Assembly: GCA_963695545.1 (NCBI GenBank)
Contig: OY968796.1
Coordinates: forward strand, 2,144,001-2,208,000
Length of the DNA stretch: 64,000 nucleotides
Direction: 5' to 3'
DNA from: Terriglobia bacterium
GTDB taxonomy: Bacteria; Acidobacteriota; Terriglobia; Acidiferrales; UBA7541
The number at the start of each line of letters is the position of its first letter. Position 1 is the first letter of the stretch. Shown here piece after piece: positions 29,167 to 39,536 of the stretch. Position numbers and translations under genes: made by a program. The notes under the pieces are model-generated. The model did not search any database and was not told where the DNA came from. It saw only the letters and a list, made by a program, of their open reading frames with translations.

Positions 29167-30414
29167 ATGGGCGGAGGCACGCGCTTGACGCCGAAAAAGC
29201 GGCTCTGGCTGGTGGTGGGCTCGGCGGTCGCGCTGACGGTTTTGCTGTTGGTCTTGAATTGGCGCAGGCCGGCGCCGCGCGTCGCGGTGGTGCCGATCAC
29301 GCGCGAAACTCTGAGCACCTCGATTTCCAGCAACGGCAAAGTGGAGCCGATTTCGCCGCAATCGATCCGCGCGGAGATGGACACGTTTGTAACCAAGGTT
29401 TTTGCGACCGAAGGCCAGACCGTTCATCGCGGTCAATTGCTGCTGCAACTTGACGACACCGCCGAACGCGCCGCGCTAGATCAGGCGCGCGCTCAACTAG
29501 CCACCGAAGAGGATGCCTTGCGCGCGGCGCAAGCCGGCGGGCGCCCCGATCAGCGCGCCAAGTTCACCGGTGATGTGGCCTCCGCCGAGGCGCGTTTGAA
29601 CGCACTGCGCCAGCAAAACGCGGCGCTCACGAAACTTGTCGCGCAGCAGGCGGCCACGCCCGCGGAATTGTCTCAGAACCGCGCGGCCCTGGCCGCGGCC
29701 GAGGCCGACGCCCAGGAAGCCGAGAAGGCGCTCACCGAATATCGCAGCCAAGTTCAGCTTGATGCCCAGCAGGACGCGCTGCTCGTTGCGCACTCGCGCG
29801 ACGACGTGCGCGATCTCAGCGAAAAAGTGAACTCGGCGCACGCCGTCGCGCCGATCGACGGCACGCTCTATTCCTTGCCAGTCCATGCCGGAGATTTCGT
29901 GCACGTGGGTGATCTTTTAGCCGAGATGGCCGATCTCCATGAAGTGCGCGTGCGGGCGTTCATCGACGAGCCGGAACTCGGTGCGCTCGAAGAGAATCAA
30001 ACCGTCGAGATCACCTGGGACGCTCTGCCGGATCGCATCTGGACTGGGCACACGGAGATGGTACCCAAACAAGTGGTGCCGCACGGGACACGGAGCGTCG
30101 GCGAAACGCTGTGCTCGGTCGTGAATGACAAGCTCGAACTAATTCCCAACATCACCGTGGACGTGCGCGTTCTGCTGCGCGAAAGGCCCGACGTGCTGGT
30201 GGTGCCGCGCGGAGCCGTGGCCATCGACGGAAATCGCCGCTACGTTTTCGTGGTCGAAAACGATCGCTTGTACCGCCGCCAAATCACCGTCGGAATCGCG
30301 TCGCCGATGTCATACGAAGTTGTTTCTGGCCTGCAAGAGGGCGATCGGGTGGCTCTGCCCGGCGAGGTGAGTCTGAAGGACAAGATGAAAATTCGAGCCG
30401 TGACTCCCGAATGA
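29167..30414 (+). CDS. Efflux periplasmic adaptor (MacA/HlyD-like)
   Basis: N-terminal TM; lipoyl half-motifs (EGQTVHRGQLLLQLD, APIDG, GDFV..GD.L); coiled coil. Confidence 0.88.
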   Translation: MGGGTRLTPKKRLWLVVGSAVALTVLLLVLNWRRPAPRVAVVPITRETLSTSISSNGKVEPISPQSIRAEMDTFVTKVFATEGQTVHRGQLLLQLDDTAERAALDQARAQLATEEDALRAAQAGGRPDQRAKFTGDVASAEARLNALRQQNAALTKLVAQQAATPAELSQNRAALAAAEADAQEAEKALTEYRSQVQLDAQQDALLVAHSRDDVRDLSEKVNSAHAVAPIDGTLYSLPVHAGDFVHVGDLLAEMADLHEVRVRAFIDEPELGALEENQTVEITWDALPDRIWTGHTEMVPKQVVPHGTRSVGETLCSVVNDKLELIPNITVDVRVLLRERPDVLVVPRGAVAIDGNRRYVFVVENDRLYRRQITVGIASPMSYEVVSGLQEGDRVALPGEVSLKDKMKIRAVTPE

Positions 30415-31409
30415 GCCGGCCGGTCGCGTGCGCAGCGTGTGCGCTGCTTTTCTGTTTCGCCCCCGCTCGTTCTGCTCGTGGCGCGCGCGCCGCGCAGACA
30501 AACTCCGTCGCGGACGCGCAGCGTTTATTCGATGCCGGCCAGTACAGTCAGGCCGCGGACATGTTGAGCGCGGTGGCGGCGAAATCGCCCGACGATTCCC
30601 AGGCGCTTTTGCTGCTGGGCCGCTGCTACTACGAGCTGGGCGATTTTCCGCGCGCGATTACCAGCCTCGAGCGCCGCGTGGAGCTCGCGCCCAAAGATTC
30701 CGAGAGCCACGATTGGCTGGGCCGCGCCTATGGCCGCAAGGCTGAGCAGACCATGATGTTCAGCGCTTATACCTTGGCGCGAAAGACGCGCCACGAATTC
30801 GAGACCGCCGTGCAGCTTGATCCATCAAACCTCGAAGCGCAGCGGGACCTGATTCGCTTCGATATGAACGCTCCCTCGCTGGTCGGCGGCGGCGACGATC
30901 GGGCGCTGCACGAAATCGACGACCTTGCGAAGATCGATCCGGTGGAAAGCGATCTGGCGCGCGCGGAATTCTACTCGACCAAAAAGCAATTCGACCAGGC
31001 TGACCAGCTTTATCAGAAAATTTTGACCGCGCCGAAAAGCGTCGGCGTTTGCCTGGAAGCCGCGGACTTCTATCGCGATCGCGGCGACGCCGCGCACATG
31101 GCTGCGGCCGTTGCCGCCGCCGTCAAAATCGATCCGAGCGACCGGCGCCTGGCTTATTATCGCGGAGTTGCCGATGTCATGTCCGGTCAGCGCCCCGCCG
31201 AGGCCGAGCAGCTCTTGCGCGCCTACCTCAGCTCGACGCCCGAAAATTCCGATATGCCCTCGCACGCCTCCGCGCTCGAATGGCTCGGCACGCTTTACGA
31301 GAAGGAAGGGCGAAATTCCGAAGCCGCGCAGGAATACAAGGCATGTCTCGATCTTGACCCGCGGAATCGCGCCGCGCGCGACGGTCTGCGCCGCGTGGCC
31401 AAAGAGTAG
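30411..31409 (+). CDS. Secreted tetratricopeptide repeat protein
   Basis: Signal peptide; repeated TPR helices (LLLGRCYY, WLGRAYG, WLGTLY, LDLDP). Confidence 0.8.
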   Translation: MSRPVACAACALLFCFAPARSARGARAAQTNSVADAQRLFDAGQYSQAADMLSAVAAKSPDDSQALLLLGRCYYELGDFPRAITSLERRVELAPKDSESHDWLGRAYGRKAEQTMMFSAYTLARKTRHEFETAVQLDPSNLEAQRDLIRFDMNAPSLVGGGDDRALHEIDDLAKIDPVESDLARAEFYSTKKQFDQADQLYQKILTAPKSVGVCLEAADFYRDRGDAAHMAAAVAAAVKIDPSDRRLAYYRGVADVMSGQRPAEAEQLLRAYLSSTPENSDMPSHASALEWLGTLYEKEGRNSEAAQEYKACLDLDPRNRAARDGLRRVAKE

Positions 31410-31507
31410 TCGCCAAGCGCGTCCGTGGCCCGACGGCCGCTGATCGTTTTTGTTCGCGCGCCGGCGCATGCGCCCGCGCTGAGCGGGCTGGAGCTTGAAC
31501 AAACTCC

Positions 31508-32710
<1,203 letters not shown>

Positions 32711-32759
32711 TCGCGAGCCGGGAGTATCATTCATCATGGCCATGCGGGCCGCGAAGGGC

Positions 32760-34127
32760 ATGACGACGATGACGCGCATAACAACGATGACGCGCACGAC
32801 TTCTCTACTAACTCTCCTGTGCATTGCCGCGTTCGCCTGCGCCGCGGCGCGCGCGCAGCAAGCGCAGACGCCGCCCTTGCCCGACGCTCCCGCCGCGGCG
32901 TCCGCGCCGCACGCGCTCACGCTCAAGGAAGCCGTGGCCCTCGCCGTGCGCAATTCCCGCGATTTGCAGCTCGCGCAATTGCAATACACCGTCGCGCAGC
33001 GCGAAGCCGGCAACGGCGCCGCGGCGTTTCTCCCGAATATCTACGTCGGCAGCGGCGCGGCTTTCACGCACGGACTGCCCTTGCTCGCCGGCGGCGGCGT
33101 GCCCGCGATCTTCACGGCGTCTTACGATCAGGCTCTCTTCGATCCGCAACTCCGCAGCCAGGTGCACATCGCGCAGCAGCACGCCGATCAGCAACGCATC
33201 GCGCTCGATGGCGTGCGCGACGCCGTGATGGTCAAGGCCGCCACCGATTATCTCGAGCTCGCCAAAGTGCGCCACGAACTCGACCTGATGCGCGACGAGC
33301 AATCGAGCGCGCAGAAAATTCTCGAGCTGATACGCGATCGCGTGGCCGCCGGCCAAGAGCTGCCCATCGAAAGCGTGCGCGCCGAACTCGGCGTGGCGCG
33401 CGCCGAGCAGCAAATCGCGCAGCTTGAAGATCAGGACCAAACCGTCTCCGCCGATCTTGCCGACCTCACCGGCCTGCCCGATGGCCAGGCGCTCGACGTG
33501 ACCCCGGAAGATTTGCCGCCCGCCGCCGGAGCCAGCGTGGCCGATCTCGTGAATCAAGCCGTGCTCTACAGCCCCGATCTGAAAGTGGCCGAATCGGCGC
33601 GCGCGTCCAGCGAGTTCGAGCTCAAGGGCGCGCGCGGCGCGTATTTGCCCACCATCTCGCTGATCGGCCAGTACAATCTGTTGAGCCGCGCAAATCACTT
33701 CGATCAGTTCTTTAACCGGTTCGAGGCCAATAATTTCCTGGTCGGCGTCGAAGTCGAAATTCCCATCTTCGCCGGCAAAAATTCCCGCGCGGTTCAATTG
33801 GCCAAGGCCGATTTGGCCACCACCACCTTTGCCGTGGACCAGAAGCGCGTCGAACTCTCGCGCGACGTCGAAAAGCAGGCGCGCCAGGAACACGAACTCG
33901 AACTCTCGAGCCGCGTGGCCCAACTCGAATTGCAGCTCGCCGAAGACAATCTCCACAACCTCGAAGCCCAGTACGACCAGGGCCGCGCCCCGCTCAAAGA
34001 TCTCGAAGCCGCGCACATGGACGAATCCCAGAAATGGCTCGCCTTCCTCGACGCCGATTTCGCCCGCCAACAAGCCCAGCTCCAGTTGCTCCAAACCACC
34101 GGCCAGATCTCGACCGCGCTGCAGTAG
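32760..34127 (+). CDS. TolC family outer membrane efflux protein
   Basis: Signal peptide; LTLKEAVALA, two P-[NT]-I repeats, IPIF, coiled coils; several alternative ATGs between 32736 and 32787. Confidence 0.85.
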   Translation: MTTMTRITTMTRTTSLLTLLCIAAFACAAARAQQAQTPPLPDAPAAASAPHALTLKEAVALAVRNSRDLQLAQLQYTVAQREAGNGAAAFLPNIYVGSGAAFTHGLPLLAGGGVPAIFTASYDQALFDPQLRSQVHIAQQHADQQRIALDGVRDAVMVKAATDYLELAKVRHELDLMRDEQSSAQKILELIRDRVAAGQELPIESVRAELGVARAEQQIAQLEDQDQTVSADLADLTGLPDGQALDVTPEDLPPAAGASVADLVNQAVLYSPDLKVAESARASSEFELKGARGAYLPTISLIGQYNLLSRANHFDQFFNRFEANNFLVGVEVEIPIFAGKNSRAVQLAKADLATTTFAVDQKRVELSRDVEKQARQEHELELSSRVAQLELQLAEDNLHNLEAQYDQGRAPLKDLEAAHMDESQKWLAFLDADFARQQAQLQLLQTTGQISTALQ

Positions 34128-34169
34128 ACGCCGCGCCGGCGCCTTTTTTCGCGCCCCTTTTGCCCGCTG

Positions 34170-34305
34170 GTCATCCCGAGTGAGCAGAGCGACGAGGGGG
34201 CTCTCCGTCGCCGCAAGGCACCCTGCGCTCCTTCGGATCGCAATCGCCGCTAACGCCCCGCATCTCGCGCCACTTGCCCTCTCGCGACGTCTCGAGGGAC
34301 CTGTC
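34170..34305. repeat. Degenerate REP-like element(s)
   Basis: gtcatcccgagtgagcagagcgacgaggg and a later ctcgagggacct resemble the gtcat(t/c)ctgagcg...cgaagga family. Confidence 0.4.
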
Positions 34306-34556
34306 TCTGCCCTTCCGCTTTGGGCGCCACACGCACCCCTGGCTGTGAACCTTGGCCGTCCGCAGCACGCGCCGAACCGGGGACCGCACGACGACGCGCC
34401 AACGTCTGCATCACACCCCGCCACCCAGGGGGCGGTGTACAATTTCTGCTTACGCCGCCACGTCTCAAAGATTTCCGATCGCGGGTTACGGCCATGATCA
34501 GGAAGCGGTAGGAACAAGAAGGGACGCCGTTGTCTGCGGCGCGAAAGGAGGCTCTC

Positions 34557-35195
34557 TTGCACGAGCCACCCGAGTCCGGTACGCTGGACTTCTGTATTGC
34601 CTTCGCTCCGATTTCATTGCAGGCCCGGTCCTCCCGAAAAAGAGTCGCGACAGCTGAATTTCAAAAAAATTTGCCATCAACGGAGTTTTTGCTTAGTGGC
34701 GACGTCAGCCTTGAGATCGAATGGCTCATCCACGAGGAGACTCGCTACGAATCCGACGCTGCCCCCGACGTCGACAATCTCCTGAAGCCGCTGATGGACG
34801 CGCTTTGCGGTCCGACTGGCATCTTGATTGACGATAACCAAGTCCAATCGATCATGTGTTCTTGGATCGACTGGACCCGCACGGACGAGCTATTGAGCGT
34901 GCGAATTCGATTTACGCCGGGCGACTTCGTTCGGAAGGATGGCTTAATGTTCGTAGCAATGACAAACTCCCTCTGCATGCCGATCAACAGAAATCTGCCG
35001 GCGGAGGCTCTGCGCGAACTTCTATACGATTTTAAGTTGCAGTTCGACACGCGACGCAAATGGCGGGAACGAGGCTACGACTACCACACGGCAAATTCTT
35101 TCATGTCCCTTCAGCGGGTCTTCCATCGATCCCGTGTCACCCGATTCGACGTTACTACCTTCGACGCCCTCCTGGCCCAAATTGATCAACCCTAG
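34557..35195 (+). CDS. RusA-family endonuclease with C-terminal extension
   Basis: PDVDNLLKPLMDAL...IDDNQV matches the RusA DxDNxxKxxxDAL...DD motif; AAGGAGG SD before TTG 34557 (alternative TTG 34530). Confidence 0.72.
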   Translation: MHEPPESGTLDFCIAFAPISLQARSSRKRVATAEFQKNLPSTEFLLSGDVSLEIEWLIHEETRYESDAAPDVDNLLKPLMDALCGPTGILIDDNQVQSIMCSWIDWTRTDELLSVRIRFTPGDFVRKDGLMFVAMTNSLCMPINRNLPAEALRELLYDFKLQFDTRRKWRERGYDYHTANSFMSLQRVFHRSRVTRFDVTTFDALLAQIDQP

Positions 35196-35401
35196 GCGAT
35201 TAGCGACGGGTCCAAGTATCTCCGAGACGGCTGGACGTACACATTTCCCCGATGCTCCGATTCCCGAGGCCACACGCGCACCCAATAACACGAGTTTGAC
35301 CGGCGCGGAGAAACTAGCGCGTCAGTCGGGCCGCGAATTGCGCAACAGAACGGGGCGGGCTCGTGGGGGCGGCGCACGACCCGCAAAAATGACAGCGCCG
35401 C

Positions 35402-36814
35402 CTACGCAACGTCGTGGTAGTAGTTAGCGAAGCTTTCCCGAAGCATTACGAAGTTCGTATGAAGTCGCACCACACTTTGAGTCAATCTTTCTCGCAAGCG
35501 CAAGTAACCGTCCGGGTCTTGATCGAGATCATATTCCATCCCGTTAGTGAATATCCGCTCTAGCAGTGTAGCAGCCTCCAAAGGGTTGTTAGTGATCATT
35601 GATCCGACGGGGATACCGGATTCCATCTGAACCAAACGACTGAGCGGGTGGATGTCCCGGAAAAACTTCATCCTCTGCTCGCCCTTCGCTGTGGCAGGGC
35701 ACAGGATAATAACTGGCTTGCCCAGGCTCAACGCCATCGATACTTCCGCATCCTTGCCAAAGCTGTCTGATTCACCTGCGAAATATATTAGCGCCTTGGC
35801 GCATTTCACCATCAAGCACTCAATCAGTCCCTTATCCTCATGACCGTCAGCCGCGCTGATCGTCGGATCGAAGTAGCGAAGCCGAAGCCTTTGAAGAACA
35901 CTTTGCTTAAAAATTATCGCACTGTCACGACTCATTTCCCTAAAATCGGCTCTCCTACGCATGCTAGTCGCCACGTATACGTCGAGCTCGTTCACGATCG
36001 ACAGGTAGAGCCGGGTGTTCGAGATTGCGAGCGCTCTCGCCCTGACAAATCGCTTTGCAACCACCTGGACCTTCTCTCGAATATCCTGCTCCGACGACAC
36101 GGTATCCTCGGCGAATTCTTCGGTCGTGAACTGCAACATCATCTGCGTTTGGGGATCATCCTTGGCGATTTGACTCTTGTCGTCAAACAAGTCTTTAATA
36201 ACCATTCGGCCCCCGCCCCTGGACCGATAAGCGTTGAGGAGCGTCGTCTCAATGAAAAGCGGCGTTCCCGGTTCCATGGGCGAGTACGCCTTACAGGCCA
36301 CCTCCGCAATAAGGTAGCGGTCATCAGCGGGGATCGAATGGAAGGGCAGGACTGCTCCCCTCGACGCCATTGCATTTGAGTCGAAACGTTTGGCATCGAA
36401 GAATGCTGAAAGATCCTCGAAAGTCTTGCCGTGCAATTCTTCATAGGCGCGGGTCACGCTCCGAAAATAAAGCAACGAATCAACAAAAACGCGGCGCAAG
36501 CCCCATTCAAGCTGGTTCAGCGACCGAATCCCCGCAGGCACTCCCTCGAAGGGAGTCGGAAGCAGAAGACGCACCGCATATCCCAGCCCTTCCGGCAGCG
36601 TCAAAAAATAGAAATTAAAGAATCGTTCCGACATCCCCGCCTTTCCCGCCATATGTAGCAACTGATTCAGGTGCGTGCATGTAACCGGCTCCCTATCCAT
36701 GCGGCAAAGACGCTCAACCAATAGGACGCCATCCCCAGATCCAAGAAACTCGGCGCAGGGCGCGAACAAGCGCGGGAAATAGCTCGCCAGAATTTTAAGC
36801 AAACCATCGCGCAT
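35402..36814 (-). CDS. Hypothetical protein with C-terminal nucleoside 2-deoxyribosyltransferase-like domain
   Basis: DVYVATSM...YFDP...AKALIYF...DSFGKDAEVSMALSLGKPVIIL resembles the NDT/RCL motif GTxxExGxAxALGKP; N-terminal ~275 aa unrecognised. Confidence 0.65.
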   Translation of the reverse strand: MRDGLLKILASYFPRLFAPCAEFLGSGDGVLLVERLCRMDREPVTCTHLNQLLHMAGKAGMSERFFNFYFLTLPEGLGYAVRLLLPTPFEGVPAGIRSLNQLEWGLRRVFVDSLLYFRSVTRAYEELHGKTFEDLSAFFDAKRFDSNAMASRGAVLPFHSIPADDRYLIAEVACKAYSPMEPGTPLFIETTLLNAYRSRGGGRMVIKDLFDDKSQIAKDDPQTQMMLQFTTEEFAEDTVSSEQDIREKVQVVAKRFVRARALAISNTRLYLSIVNELDVYVATSMRRRADFREMSRDSAIIFKQSVLQRLRLRYFDPTISAADGHEDKGLIECLMVKCAKALIYFAGESDSFGKDAEVSMALSLGKPVIILCPATAKGEQRMKFFRDIHPLSRLVQMESGIPVGSMITNNPLEAATLLERIFTNGMEYDLDQDPDGYLRLRERLTQSVVRLHTNFVMLRESFANYYHDVA

Positions 36815-36875
36815 CGAGTCCCACCCCACCAGCGGTCGGCGCGCCGCACTCTCGCGCTTTCGCTTTCCTCAATCC

Positions 36876-37790
36876 TCAGAATAGAGTCCGCTGGTAATCT
36901 CTTGGCAGCGCCCTAACGGCCTTGTGATGCGCCCTCACCATAAGAGCCGGCGCTTCTTCGTGATCAGACGTGTGGATCATGTAATACATAACTTTATTAC
37001 CTTCGTCCCGGTCATAAATCGGGTATGCGGCAACGTATCGGTAGCCCAACTCCGTCTGGAATCTGTTCCGAACCAGCTCGGCTATGTCATGAGAGCTCAT
37101 TGCTATTAATTTCTGCCAGTCGGGCCGCCCCCACCATTTCACTACTTTTGCGGCCCTGCGGATGCCGGAAAATGCTCGATGAATCCATCCGACCCCGAGA
37201 AAGTACAAGATTTCAATCTTGTTCTGATCCGATTTTTTGTAAGCCGCCAGTTTCCTCACCGTAGACCAGTGGCACTCAAACATTCGTTGATCCAGCAGGC
37301 AGAATGTTGCTTCCTTTTGCGTGATTTTTCCCGACGCGAGGATTCGACCCACCTTTTCGTTAAAATCGCCGTGCACTATCTCGATGGTGCGAGAAATCTT
37401 GCGCCCCTTCTTGTCTCGTGCGCCCTTTTCCGACCCCGCGAGCTCTTTTAGCGCCCTCGCGCCACGACGCTTTATTTCGCACAAGAAAAAGTGACGCAAC
37501 CACCTGGGCTCGCTCTTCAGAACAAGAGCGACCGACCACGCGTCCAAATTTCCGTACGATTGCGGACCGGCGAACCCGTCAATGTACGCCCCATGCTTTG
37601 TCACCTGTACGAAGTAAGCGAGGTACTGCCTGATGAACTGAGCCTTATTCTCCGTCCACACCGGTCGCTCGATCCGCTTGTATCGGCGAATCCTGCGCCC
37701 CTTGCCCAGCTCCAAGTCGGGGAATAATGGAGCAGTCTCTATGTCGCGAGGCGTATTGCGCCTGCGGGAATGAACGCCGTCGTGTCCCAT
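36876..37790 (-). CDS. tcmP: Three-Cys-motif partner protein TcmP (SAM-methyltransferase-like fold)
   Basis: WTENK...Y, YIDGFAGP, GDFN, FCLLD motifs; adjacent to DUF5131; start uncertain. Confidence 0.8.
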   Translation of the reverse strand: MGHDGVHSRRRNTPRDIETAPLFPDLELGKGRRIRRYKRIERPVWTENKAQFIRQYLAYFVQVTKHGAYIDGFAGPQSYGNLDAWSVALVLKSEPRWLRHFFLCEIKRRGARALKELAGSEKGARDKKGRKISRTIEIVHGDFNEKVGRILASGKITQKEATFCLLDQRMFECHWSTVRKLAAYKKSDQNKIEILYFLGVGWIHRAFSGIRRAAKVVKWWGRPDWQKLIAMSSHDIAELVRNRFQTELGYRYVAAYPIYDRDEGNKVMYYMIHTSDHEEAPALMVRAHHKAVRALPRDYQRTLF

Positions 37791-38590
37791 TCGCTCTCCT
37801 TAAACTGAGCAATCAAATCGGCCGCAATCTGGTGGCGTTGGGCTCGATCCGGGATGGGAATTCTGGTCGCCATCGGAAATTCATCGTACGTTCTGCCGCG
37901 CAGTTGCCGCCCGTTCAGCTTCTTGCGCACGCCACCCCATTGCTTGAAGAAGAACGGAACGTTCGCGCCCCTGCATTGTAGGAGCAGAGACTCAACCCAT
38001 GCCTCACTCATCGGCCTTGCACCGGCGCCGCTTTCCCCGCCTACGATCACCCAATCAATACCCGCCAAGTCGACCCTCCCGATGTCCTCCAAGAGAGGCT
38101 CAATCGAGAGAAATTTCACCGAGGCCGAAGTGCCGCGAAGATGCTCTATTCGAGGCTTACCGTGTCGCACATCCTCGACGCTCACGCCCCACCAAATGTG
38201 GGCAGCTTTGGCGGCGTAAAGCAATCCGCCACGCAGCATCTGTTGCAGACGCTCGGAGCGCTTAGTCAAGACCTGATAAATGTGCCAGTCGGCCGCCATC
38301 ATCACCGCAACGATACGAGCGATGAATTCATCCGGCACGTCAGGATGAAATAGGTCGCTCATAGAATTTACGAAGACCGTGCTCGGCGCTGACCAAAAAA
38401 GAGGCTCTGTAAGTTTCTCCGGAATAAGGCGCAGGTCAAAGCCTTCCTCATATGGATGACCCTTCACGCCCCTGAAGCGCTCGGCGAAGGTCTCTGCGTA
38501 GCAATGCTTGCACCCCGGACTTACTTTGGTGCAACCACGGACCGGATTCCAGGTTGTGTCCGTCCATTCGATTTTGCTCTTGGTTGCCAT
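37739..38590 (-). CDS. DUF5131 / phage Gp37-Gp68 family protein (radical-SAM-like three-Cys motif)
   Basis: IEWTDTTWNPVRGCTKVSPGCKHCYA, FVNSMSDLFH, QVLTKR, SIEPLL, WVIVGGESG, FFKQWGG; GAGG SD. Confidence 0.92.
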   Translation of the reverse strand: MATKSKIEWTDTTWNPVRGCTKVSPGCKHCYAETFAERFRGVKGHPYEEGFDLRLIPEKLTEPLFWSAPSTVFVNSMSDLFHPDVPDEFIARIVAVMMAADWHIYQVLTKRSERLQQMLRGGLLYAAKAAHIWWGVSVEDVRHGKPRIEHLRGTSASVKFLSIEPLLEDIGRVDLAGIDWVIVGGESGAGARPMSEAWVESLLLQCRGANVPFFFKQWGGVRKKLNGRQLRGRTYDEFPMATRIPIPDRAQRHQIAADLIAQFKESEWDTTAFIPAGAIRLAT

Positions 38591-38756
38591 GTGCACCTCG
38601 GGTTCCCTAAACTGTGCGCGTATTGTAGGGCATTCACGTTTGACTCGACTAGTGGGTTCGTTCACCTATTCGCGCACTGTTCGAAAGCATGCCTTCGCAC
38701 CGCCACCTACGAGCGCAGAACCAGAATGTTTCTGACCAACCGATCACCCGAGCAAG

Positions 38757-38816
38757 AGTATTCGAATACTAACTCATAGATACCTGTTGACCTAGCGTTA
38801 TTAAGCGTGTTATGCT
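38757..38816 (+). promoter_or_regulatory. Palindromic operator plus sigma70-type promoter of repeat element copy 2
   Basis: Perfect palindrome AGTATTCGAATACT (38757-38770); TTGACC (38787-38792), 18-nt spacer, TGn-TATGCT (38811-38816). Confidence 0.62.
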
Positions 38817-38943
38817 AGTTTATGAGCCTCGAACAATTCCCCGCGACCGCTCGCCCGCGCAAGAGTCTCGCCACCCGACGGGTCGTTTCGTCCGAGAGCA
38901 ATTCACATTTATTCTCAGAAAGCGAGCATCGGACTAGCGATGC

Positions 38944-38987
38944 GAGTCCTGAGCGAGCGCGACGTGGCGCGAGTCGAAGGACCCCTC
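38944..38987. repeat. REP-like element inside repeat element copy 2
   Basis: gagtcctgagcgagcgcgacgtggcgcgagtcgaaggacccct, same end pattern as the element at 1015-1097. Confidence 0.5.
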
Positions 38988-39109
38988 CGCGAATTGAACG
39001 TTCTGCAAAGGACGCGAATCCTGATGCCGCCCTTCAGACAGTGCGAACCAACGGCATAAGGTCGGAACGAACCTCTCTCGAAGAGTCACAACTACCCTTC
39101 AAAATCGCG

Positions 39110-39290
39110 CCCGCAAATCTCGTACTTTCAGCGGCTTCCGCACCGCTCCAAAAGAGTGCGCAACTCGTTGAAAATAAACATTTGCAAGTCTTTTTTTCTC
39201 AGTCAATTACGCACTCTTTGTCACTCTTTTCCTGGAAGTCCTTTGTTTGCCACTCTTACGCAAAACATACCCGGGGGGTGGGGGGGTACC
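39110..39290. repeat. Dispersed repeat element copy 2 (hairpin/subrepeat tail)
   Basis: caaaagagtgcgcaactcgttgaaaa (39149-39174), aagtc...cgcactcttt subrepeats and terminal cgcaaaacatacccggggggtg shared with 1655-1812. Confidence 0.7.
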
Positions 39291-39536
39291 CATTTGATTT
39301 AGCGCCTCGCGCGCGCCCCGAGACAATGTGTCACTTATCGGTGACACGTCGATCAGGAATGGGCGAGCCGGAGGAGATGAAGGGGCGTCAGCGGCGATTG
39401 GGGATGGGGTGACGAGAATAGAACGTTCGGCGGAGGGGCGTTGGCGCGCGCTTTCAGACAGGCCACTAAATCGCGTAGAATGGAGTCTTACTAAGCGTGC
39501 GAAGCTGGCCGGAGCGCCGGACTGTGGGGGAGCGAA

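Noticed and set aside
32760..32800. acgatgacgcgca tandem duplication at the tolC start
   Set aside because: Short in-frame 18-nt duplication; only makes the start codon ambiguous, with no sign of phase variation
34557..38590. Prophage remnant (RusA plus Gp37/Gp68)
   Set aside because: No structural, replication, lysis or integrase genes; the DUF5131-TcmP pair commonly occurs outside phages
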